Assembly: GCA_018897195.1 (NCBI GenBank) | Contig: JAHILH010000001.1 | Span: forward strand, 476,565-540,564 | Direction: 5' to 3' | Source of the DNA: Patescibacteria group bacterium | GTDB lineage: Bacteria; Patescibacteriota; Patescibacteriia; Patescibacteriales; UBA12075 | Length of the DNA: 64,000 bases | Part shown: one piece after another, positions 18,058 to 24,901 of the stretch | How the letters are laid out: every line of letters starts with the position of its first letter | Numbering within the stretch: position 1 is the stretch's first letter | Translations under genes and position numbers: made by a program | The notes under the pieces: model-generated | Database searches by the model: none | Told to the model about the DNA's origin: nothing | The model's input: only the letters and a program-made list of their open reading frames with translations

Positions 18058-19674
18058 CTACTGACAACTTTTACCTATCTCTGTTTGCACTTTTTCAAAT
18101 ACACCTATTAATGTTTCCTTTGTGACCTGATCTGCTGTCTGTAATTCATCCCAACCCTTGGCGACATGATTGCAGACAACATTTAACAAAAAGTTCAACT
18201 TGTCTATTTCCGCCATGGCCGACGACAAGCGCTTATCCTGATCATCAATCACTTGTCGAAAACCCGTATTCTGGTCTTCAAGTTTTTTATTCAAAACAAG
18301 CTGTGCTTTTTGCTCGTTACTTCTTGACAAGGCTTTGATGTGAAGGAATAAATTTCGACATTTTTTCACATCAATCTTTTTGGCATTTTCCAGATTTCCC
18401 GCCAAACGCATCTGTTCTTTGAAAATGGTTTTATCAGCCGACATATTCCAGTCTGTTTGTTTTAAAAATAAATCAAACAAAGCCTTAAATGTCGCAAACT
18501 CAAGAGAAATTTCATTAGTACGCATAAAATATTCTATCTTCTTTTGAAAAATCTCTTTCTCTCTCCACTCCATCGGCGTCCCAATAATCTCCTGGGCCCG
18601 TCTAAACGCCTCAAACCTGGAAATCGACTGCTCTTTTTGCAATTTATCAGCCAGATATTCCAAACTTCTTTGAAGATTGAAAAAATCGGGGTTCATAACC
18701 AATGAACCACATGAAGCTGATGCAAAAAAATCGTAATCAGAATACTCTCTTGCCACTTTTTCAATAATCGCCGTTTGGTGCTCTGTGACAGCATCAATTA
18801 ACCCAAGCTTTGCCTCGTTAAAATTTTGGGCAAGAAGATCGACTTTAAATCTTTCCGCAAACCCCACAAAGAAATGGTCTATCTTGCTTTTTGCATTGAT
18901 AATTTTTTCAATACAATCCTTAGCTAAATCCATCTCCGAATCAGCAAAAGCGATAATCATCGCCTCCCTATCAGCAAAGTCTGAACAATCCATCAAAAAC
19001 ATCTGATCATGCAACTCGAGTTTTAAAAGCTCATCAATTCTCAAAGCTGCTGCTTCGGACGAATTAGCCGTTGCTGGAAAATAGCTTTCAGACAAATTAA
19101 TTCTTCCGCCTTTTTTTGCAACTCCGACTATCGAAAACTCGTCACCGCTCTTTGCGATTGGAAATATATCAACTTCATCTTCAATCCGTAGATGCGCACA
19201 AGTGCCCCGATAATAGGCATTAATATACGCTTGAACATTTTCGATGGCGATATTAATACATGTCCAGGTCTTACTCAAATAAACATTGCCATTCTGGTGA
19301 TCCCAGGTGTCATTAACAAATTTAACCCCATCGCCATCCACCTCAATCAAAAAAAGATTAAAATTTCCGCTATTAATATGACTTCGAATAGACTGTTTAG
19401 CAAATTCGAAATTACGCGCTGGGGGATATTGTCCTGTTTTGAGAAAATTACGGGGATCAATATAATCCTTTTCATATTTTTGGATTATACTATCCACAAT
19501 ATTCCTCTTTCTTCTTGTTAAAGGACAACATCGAAACAAAGAAGTGCTAACATCATCTTTCACCTTGTCACGAATAGAATCATCCGGCAAAATGGCAACA
19601 CTTAAAGCTTTGTCTAAATACCCGCGAACAGACAAGTGGTAAAGCAATAGTAAATATTTTTTTAGCAGACCCAT
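18058..19674 (-). CDS. degenerate GGDEF-like domain protein (SGDEF) with long C-terminal helical region
   Basis: Start moved to the ATG at plus 19672-19674 (MGLLKKYLL), which follows an AGGAGG Shine-Dalgarno. The track start is TTG. LFLIEVDGDGVKFVNDTWDHQNGNVYL and IAKSGDEFSIVGV align to the GGDEF palm motifs. The C-terminal 300 aa or so are helical and unassigned. Confidence 0.65.
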   Translation of the reverse strand: MGLLKKYLLLLYHLSVRGYLDKALSVAILPDDSIRDKVKDDVSTSLFRCCPLTRRKRNIVDSIIQKYEKDYIDPRNFLKTGQYPPARNFEFAKQSIRSHINSGNFNLFLIEVDGDGVKFVNDTWDHQNGNVYLSKTWTCINIAIENVQAYINAYYRGTCAHLRIEDEVDIFPIAKSGDEFSIVGVAKKGGRINLSESYFPATANSSEAAALRIDELLKLELHDQMFLMDCSDFADREAMIIAFADSEMDLAKDCIEKIINAKSKIDHFFVGFAERFKVDLLAQNFNEAKLGLIDAVTEHQTAIIEKVAREYSDYDFFASASCGSLVMNPDFFNLQRSLEYLADKLQKEQSISRFEAFRRAQEIIGTPMEWREKEIFQKKIEYFMRTNEISLEFATFKALFDLFLKQTDWNMSADKTIFKEQMRLAGNLENAKKIDVKKCRNLFLHIKALSRSNEQKAQLVLNKKLEDQNTGFRQVIDDQDKRLSSAMAEIDKLNFLLNVVCNHVAKGWDELQTADQVTKETLIGVFEKVQTEIGKSCQ

Positions 19675-19757
19675 CTCGTCTCCTCCTATTGATAATAATA
19701 AAAGGAGGGTGTCATTTGTTTCCAAATGCACCCTTCTTAGTGAGCAAGACTCCCTCT

Positions 19758-19850
19758 TCAACTGTTGGCGATAACCAATTTAGCCTGATCAGCTAATTTC
19801 CTTAACTGCTCAGCTTTTTCTCTGATATAAGTTATGACATACTGTGACAT
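19758..19850 (-). CDS. candidate 30-aa micro-ORF upstream of the SGDEF gene
   Basis: GGAGGATTGCC-ATG context. Translation is MSQYVITYIREKAEQLRKLADQAKLVIANS. It is below the track threshold, and the only support is the Shine-Dalgarno and its position. Confidence 0.3.
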   Translation of the reverse strand: MSQYVITYIREKAEQLRKLADQAKLVIANS

Positions 19851-20159
19851 GGCAATCCTCCCGGTTTATTATTTTATTTAGTTTTTTATTGTAGAATCCA
19901 CATATTTACAAACAATCAAAATTGCTTTTAAATACGTGAACTCTACAATCAACATTATAAAAGAACATAACCAATCCATTTACTGTTTATTTCTTTGGTT
20001 TTTATTTTTGTATAAGTATCTTACGTTAAAAAATGTTGGATTACAATAGCCTTTTACGGCTATTTCTGCACATTCCTTACCAAGATTTTACACAGAGTTC
20101 TTCACAATGTTATACCCACTTTATTCAGTTTTCAAGGCACATCTAGTCGATAATTGAGT

Positions 20160-20188
20160 ACTATACCTTGTTTGTTTTATTTTGTCAA
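20160..20188 (-). promoter_or_regulatory. near-consensus sigma70-type promoter inside ORF-free DNA
   Basis: The minus strand reads TTGACA-N17-TATAGT (plus 20183-20188 and 20160-20165). No ORF of 60 aa or more lies downstream for about 300 nt. Confidence 0.5.
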
Positions 20189-20359
20189 TTTAATGAATTT
20201 TTTATTTATATTTAAATTTTTATTTCTAAGTTTATTGTAACACCTCCCAATTAACAACTCCTTAAACAAAGATTAGGGTTGTATTAAATGCTATTTTTAC
20301 ATCACAAACACACTCGTACCTCATCTTCATTATCACCATACCCGCTCCACATTAAACTA

Positions 20360-20392
20360 AAATTAAAAATCGCAGTATTGACTACTGCGATT
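20360..20392 (-). terminator. terminator-like hairpin
   Basis: Hairpin AATCGCAGTA-gtcaa-TACTGCGATT, followed on the minus strand by TTTTAATTTT. Confidence 0.6.
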
Positions 20393-20414
20393 ATTCGTGT
20401 TACTTGCAACACGC

Positions 20415-20462
20415 TTCAGTAAAACAAAATAAAGAAGGAGATAATTAAAATCATTATCTCCT
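20415..20462 (-). terminator. rho-independent terminator (after the 90-aa ORF)
   Basis: Hairpin AAGGAGATAAT-gatttta-ATTATCTCCTT, followed on the minus strand by CTTTATTTTGTTTT. Confidence 0.75.
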
Positions 20463-20487
20463 TATTTCCTGTTTTTTTCAGGAGGCT

Positions 20488-20760
20488 CTAAAAAGCTGGC
20501 TCAGAAAAACTGAGCAGTTTGCGATCAGTAACTCCGAGATGATACTGCACTTTTGTTACCTGGTGTGGATCGCGATTCTGCTTTACTCTATCCAGTTTTC
20601 GCTTCAGGGCGATTTGTTGTTTCACTAGCGCCATAAATCGTCGTTGCGATCCGTTTAAGCCGTTACCTATATCCATGATCAATCCCTCTCCTATTAAATT
20701 TTGTTGCCTCTTTTTATTGCCAAAACCAGATAAATGTCCACGATCATGCATACTACCCAT
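20488..20760 (-). CDS. hypothetical small basic protein
   Basis: 90 aa. GGAGGGG-ATG Shine-Dalgarno context, no recognisable motif, own terminator. Confidence 0.45.
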   Translation of the reverse strand: MGSMHDRGHLSGFGNKKRQQNLIGEGLIMDIGNGLNGSQRRFMALVKQQIALKRKLDRVKQNRDPHQVTKVQYHLGVTDRKLLSFSEPAF

Positions 20761-20854
20761 CCCCTCCTATCTCATCTTTAAAAATTAAAAAAGCCCACAA
20801 AAGCTTAATAATCTTTTTACTTCATTAGCACCTCCTTTTTAGTTTAAAAGAACA

Positions 20855-20885
20855 ATATAAAACCACTCTTACTGGAGTGGTTTTG
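20855..20885 (-). terminator. terminator-like hairpin
   Basis: Hairpin AAACCACTC-cagtaa-GAGTGGTTT, followed on the minus strand by TATATTGTTCTTTT. Confidence 0.6.
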
Positions 20886-20920
20886 CGTCTAATCTTATTT
20901 TATCTCATTAACCACTCTTT

Positions 20921-20992
20921 CTAATCACGAAGAAACAAGCCCAACAATTGGACTTTCTTAATAACTAAGACTGTGAAAAATTTATTTCTCAT
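20921..20992 (-). CDS. candidate 23-aa hydrophobic micro-ORF
   Basis: Translation is MRNKFFTVLVIKKVQLLGLFLRD. It lies between a TTGACA-N16-TAAAAT promoter and the 20855-20885 hairpin. The Shine-Dalgarno is weak (AAGG). Speculative. Confidence 0.25.
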   Translation of the reverse strand: MRNKFFTVLVIKKVQLLGLFLRD

Positions 20993-21004
20993 ATGGTTAC
21001 CTTT

Positions 21005-21032
21005 ATTTTAATCTTATCTTAACTTTTGTCAA
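21005..21032 (-). promoter_or_regulatory. sigma70-type promoter candidate
   Basis: The minus strand reads TTGACA-N16-TAAAAT (plus 21027-21032 and 21005-21010). It lies just downstream of the ndk terminator. Confidence 0.45.
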
Positions 21033-21056
21033 CGCAAAAATATTACCTAAATATAA

Positions 21057-21097
21057 ACAAAAAACTGCTAAAAATTTCTTTTCAGCAGTTTTTTTGA
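21057..21097 (-). terminator. bidirectional rho-independent terminator after ndk
   Basis: Stem AACTGCT/AGCAGTT with an inner AAAA/TTTT extension. A-runs and T-runs flank it on both sides. Confidence 0.7.
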
Positions 21098-21110
21098 AGT
21101 TTATCCACAA

Positions 21111-21713
21111 CTATTCCAAAATACCATCCAAGTTTACGTCATATAATATTTCATCTTGTGAGAATTTATAATCAAAGACTTCGTTGTCATTAAACCAGAT
21201 TTTGGTTTCTCTTTGTGCCTCAGCGACAGCATCTGAACAATGAATTAGATTACGCACAGCACGACCATCAACACCGGCAAGTGCATATGAATCTAAAGTG
21301 TAGTCGCCACGAATAGTGCCGATGTCAGCCGTCAACGGCTCTGTGCCACCAACTAACTTTGTTACCACGCCCACAGCTTGGTTGCCCTCCAAAACCATCG
21401 CCACTACTGGACCAGCAGTCATAAAGGTTGCCAATTGTCTAATAATATCTTTACCGTATTCAAGCGCTTCTTTTTCCACGGGCACACCAGCCGCCTCTCT
21501 GTCCTTAACAATGTTCTCGCCTTTCTTTTGAAACCAAGCGTCATCCTTATTATAATGACTAAAGCATTGCGCCTCAGTCGGCACAAACAATTTCATCGCT
21601 GCAATTTTCAAACCAGCTCTTTCAAATCGCTTGATAATTTCTCCCACTAATGATCGTTGCACGCCATCAGGCTTAATAATTACAAATGTTCTTTCTTTTT
21701 TTGGATGTTGCAT
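21111..21713 (-). CDS. ndk: nucleoside diphosphate kinase (long form)
   Basis: 200 aa. Motifs: ERTFVIIKPDGVQRSLVGEIIKRFERAGLKIAAMKL, TIRGDY, NLIHCSD (catalytic His context). It is longer than the usual Ndk of about 140 aa. Confidence 0.9.
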   Translation of the reverse strand: MQHPKKERTFVIIKPDGVQRSLVGEIIKRFERAGLKIAAMKLFVPTEAQCFSHYNKDDAWFQKKGENIVKDREAAGVPVEKEALEYGKDIIRQLATFMTAGPVVAMVLEGNQAVGVVTKLVGGTEPLTADIGTIRGDYTLDSYALAGVDGRAVRNLIHCSDAVAEAQRETKIWFNDNEVFDYKFSQDEILYDVNLDGILE

Positions 21714-21794
21714 AGATGTGTTTATCTAGTTCTAAAATAATTCAATGAATAATTTAATAGAATAGTTGTTGCTTATTATTATAAATTTAAAACT

Positions 21795-22157
21795 CTACTT
21801 CAAATACTTCTTTACTTCTGCACTAACCTCAGTTGGTGTCAAACTTGCTTTAACTAAATAACCATTAGCGCCCATTTCTTCACCCTTCTTTTTATCTTCC
21901 TCTGTTCCCAAATTGGTTAATAATATGATTGGCGTTTTTAATTTTTTATTTTTTCGAAAATCCTCCAAAACGGAAAATCCATCCAAACCTGGCATAATCA
22001 CATCCAAAAGAATTAAATCCGGCTTTTCTTGCTCCACCATTCCGATCGCCTCGATACCATTGGCCGCCAAAACAACTTCGTAACCATCTTGTGCGAGTTT
22101 AATTTTGTACATACCAGAAATCATTTCATCATCTTCTACTATTAATATTTTTGCCAT
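21795..22157 (-). CDS. single-domain response regulator (receiver)
   Basis: 120 aa. Motifs: KILIVEDDE, DLILLDVIMPGLDG, and a KP-like LVKA. No output domain. Confidence 0.85.
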   Translation of the reverse strand: MAKILIVEDDEMISGMYKIKLAQDGYEVVLAANGIEAIGMVEQEKPDLILLDVIMPGLDGFSVLEDFRKNKKLKTPIILLTNLGTEEDKKKGEEMGANGYLVKASLTPTEVSAEVKKYLK

Positions 22158-22265
22158 ACTTTTGTAAATTCAAATATAATTTTCTTAATAAAATTATTAT
22201 AGCATTATTTATTGATAAATCAAGGGCTACTTTCTTTTTTTTCTATGTCCTGCTAAAATCAGGGC

Positions 22266-24098
22266 ATGGAGAAATTTATTTTACATACCAATTTTAAACC
22301 AACTGGCGACCAGCCTAAGGCAATTAAAGACCTGACCACTGGCTTAAAAAATAAACTCAAAGAACAGACCTTATTAGGTGTCACTGGCAGTGGCAAGACT
22401 TTTACCATGGCCAATATTATTAACAACGTCCAAAGGCCGACTCTGATCATCTCCCACAATAAAACCCTCGCTGCTCAACTCTACGGCGAATTTAAACAAT
22501 TTTTTCCCAACAATGCTGTCCATTATTTTGTATCCTATTACGACTACTACCAACCAGAGGCCTATCTTCCCCAAACAGACACCTACATTGAAAAGGAGGC
22601 GACCATTAACGAAGAAATTGACCGCTTGCGCCACTCAGCCACGCAATCACTACTTAATCGTGATGACGTGATTATCATCGCCTCCGTATCTTGTATTTAC
22701 GGACTTGGCTCAAAGGAAGACTACCAATCACTTTGTGAAAAATTCCAACAAGGACAAAAAATCAAACGCAACGATATCCTGCGTAAATTGATCAAGATTC
22801 AATATGAACGCAATGACCTTACTTTTGCTCGCGGACAATTTCGCGTCAAGGGCGAAACGATTTTTATCCATCTCGCCACTGGTGAAGCGATTGTGCGCAT
22901 TTCCATGGCTGGTGATTGGATTGACGAAATTGCCCTATTTACCATCAAGCCGGATGTTAACAAGATTATTCAGGCTAATGATTTAAAAATACGCGATGGA
23001 AAAATCTTAAACGAAATCTCCATCCTTCCTGCTAAGCATTTCATGACTCCCGAAGAACGCATAAAAAAAGCCGTCAGTAATATTCGCGCTGAATTAGTTA
23101 AGCGATTAAAAATATTATACAAAGAAGAAAAAATAGTGGAAGCACAACGCCTAGAACGGAAAACCAATTATGATTTGGAAATGATTGAAGAGGTTGGCTA
23201 TTGCAATGGTATTGAAAATTATTCCCGCCACCTTACTGACCGTCCAGATGGCTCATCACCGGAAACTTTGATCGATTTTTTTCCCAAAGATTTTTTAATC
23301 ATGGTTGACGAATCCCATGTCACCATTCCTCAGATCCGCGGCATGCACGCAGGTGACCAATCCCGTAAACAAACTCTCATCGACTTTGGTTTTCGTCTCC
23401 CCTCAGCCAAAGATAATCGCCCACTTAATTTTGAAGAATTTAATGCCAAGGTCAATCAGATTATTTATGTTAGTGCTACCCCATCAGAATATGAGATCCA
23501 TCGCTCTGCCCAAATTGCCAAGCAAATCATCCGCCCTACCGGATTGCTCGACCCAGGCGTAGAAGTGCGACCAAATGAAGGCCAGATTGATGACCTGATT
23601 AAAGAGGTTCGAGCCGCGACGGCCAAGGGCCAAAGAACTCTCATCACCACTTTGACCAAAAAAATGTCAGAAGCTCTGACTGAACATTTGGCCGAGCAAG
23701 GTATCAAAGTGCAATATCTGCACAGCGATGTCGAGACTATGGAGCGCGTGGAAATCCTCCGTGATCTGCGCCAAGGTCGCTATGATGTTCTCGTTGGTAT
23801 TAATTTATTACGCGAAGGTCTCGATCTCCCAGAAGTTTCCCTCGTTATTATTATTGACGCCGACATCGGCGGCTTTCTCCGCCACGCCACTGCACTCATG
23901 CAAACCATGGGGCGCGCCGCGCGCCACTCCGAAGGTCGCGTTATTATGTATGCAGACAAAATGACCCCAGCAATGAAATATGCTATCACCGAAACCAAAC
24001 GTCGTCGCAAAATTCAAGAAGCCTATAATTTGAAGAATAATATTACGCCGACGACAACCAAGGCTGGTCTTCACGAGAGTATTACGCAGTATAATTAA
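22266..24098 (+). CDS. uvrB: excinuclease ABC subunit B
   Basis: 610 aa. Motifs: PTGDQPKAI, Walker [15 protein letters not shown] box [17 protein letters not shown]. The protein ends about 25 aa after ITP, so I cannot see a C-terminal UVR domain. Confidence 0.93.
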   Translation: MEKFILHTNFKPTGDQPKAIKDLTTGLKNKLKEQTLLGVTGSGKTFTMANIINNVQRPTLIISHNKTLAAQLYGEFKQFFPNNAVHYFVSYYDYYQPEAYLPQTDTYIEKEATINEEIDRLRHSATQSLLNRDDVIIIASVSCIYGLGSKEDYQSLCEKFQQGQKIKRNDILRKLIKIQYERNDLTFARGQFRVKGETIFIHLATGEAIVRISMAGDWIDEIALFTIKPDVNKIIQANDLKIRDGKILNEISILPAKHFMTPEERIKKAVSNIRAELVKRLKILYKEEKIVEAQRLERKTNYDLEMIEEVGYCNGIENYSRHLTDRPDGSSPETLIDFFPKDFLIMVDESHVTIPQIRGMHAGDQSRKQTLIDFGFRLPSAKDNRPLNFEEFNAKVNQIIYVSATPSEYEIHRSAQIAKQIIRPTGLLDPGVEVRPNEGQIDDLIKEVRAATAKGQRTLITTLTKKMSEALTEHLAEQGIKVQYLHSDVETMERVEILRDLRQGRYDVLVGINLLREGLDLPEVSLVIIIDADIGGFLRHATALMQTMGRAARHSEGRVIMYADKMTPAMKYAITETKRRRKIQEAYNLKNNITPTTTKAGLHESITQYN

Positions 24099-24110
24099 AA
24101 AAGAAGACTA

Positions 24111-24897
24111 TTGTTGGCTCCATAGTCCCCCGCGTGGGCTGTGGAGCCTTAGTGCAATTAAATTATTTTCCGTTTTATTTAATTGTAAATTTAACTTGTG
24201 TTATAACAAAAACCTTTAACTATCTAATTTAATCAAACTATTATCATTTAATACTCGATTCCGCGCCGAAGAATACAACCAATCTTCAGACATACTCACA
24301 AAGCCTCTCTTGACGGGATTATTATGTATATAATTCAATTTTTGATTATAAAATATTTCCGTAGTCATCACTTCTGGATAATTTTCTCTTTGCCATATTT
24401 GATTTTCATAACCCTCTTTTTTCCTAAAACTATTATCTAACAAATTTTTTATATATTTTCTATTATCAGTTTTTAATAATTTCAAAATCTCCCTAGTTGT
24501 GTGTTTTTTAAAATCACTAACTATCTGTGACAATTTAACCCCGTCCATTGCTCGACATATCATATGGATATGGTTTGTCATTATTACATACTCAAACAAC
24601 AATAGTCCTTTATTTTTTTGACAATATTTTAAACTATCAATAATTACATCAAAATATTCTGTCTTTGTAAATATATCTATCCACTCAATTGTAGTGATAG
24701 TTATAAAATGTGTATCGTCTTCATTTTCTATATTAATTCTAAGGGTTGGCATAATATTATTTAATAATTACAATATTGTTGGCTCCATGCAACCGCGTCC
24801 CGGTGGAGCCGAACTGCAATTACTTAAATTACAATGATGAAATATTTAATAATTGCACTAAGGCTCCACAGCCCTAACGGGACTATGGAGCCAACAG
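24111..24897. mobile_element. RAYT (IS200-like Y1 transposase) unit flanked by REP hairpins
   Basis: REP copies sit at 24111-24159 and 24777-24822 (same orientation) and at 24851-24897 (inverted; its reverse complement matches 24111-24159). Each folds as GGCTCCAYAG..CC/GG..CTRTGGAGCC. The unit fills the uvrB/uvrC convergent gap. Confidence 0.8.
24216..24752 (-). CDS. REP-associated tyrosine transposase (IS200-like Y1_Tnp family)
   Basis: 178 aa. HUH motif within MTNHIHMICR. Catalytic Tyr context is LNYIHNNPVKRG. No tnpB-like second gene is present. Confidence 0.85.
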   Translation of the reverse strand: MPTLRINIENEDDTHFITITTIEWIDIFTKTEYFDVIIDSLKYCQKNKGLLLFEYVIMTNHIHMICRAMDGVKLSQIVSDFKKHTTREILKLLKTDNRKYIKNLLDNSFRKKEGYENQIWQRENYPEVMTTEIFYNQKLNYIHNNPVKRGFVSMSEDWLYSSARNRVLNDNSLIKLDS

Positions 24898-24901
24898 CTG
24901 A

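Noticed and set aside
16422-19674. The GGDEF-like pair as a type III CRISPR (Cas10) or CBASS-type operon
   Set aside because: There is no CRISPR array and there are no other cas genes. I also see no recognisable effector (nuclease, TIR, patatin or TM effector) and no CD-NTase fold signature. The motifs match GGDEF rather than the Cas10 GGDD context. I kept only the weaker cyclase-island hypothesis.
22158-22265. LexA boxes upstream of uvrB (and of recQ, uvrC and recO)
   Set aside because: No GAAC-N4-GTTC palindrome is visible in these upstream regions. The GAAC...GTTC at about 26291-26317 is the stem of a terminator hairpin with 17-nt spacing, not an operator.
24111-24897. A full IS200/IS605 element with TnpB/omega-RNA
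   Set aside because: Only the 178-aa Y1 transposase is present. There is no second large ORF. The flanks are REP-type hairpins, which fits a RAYT unit.
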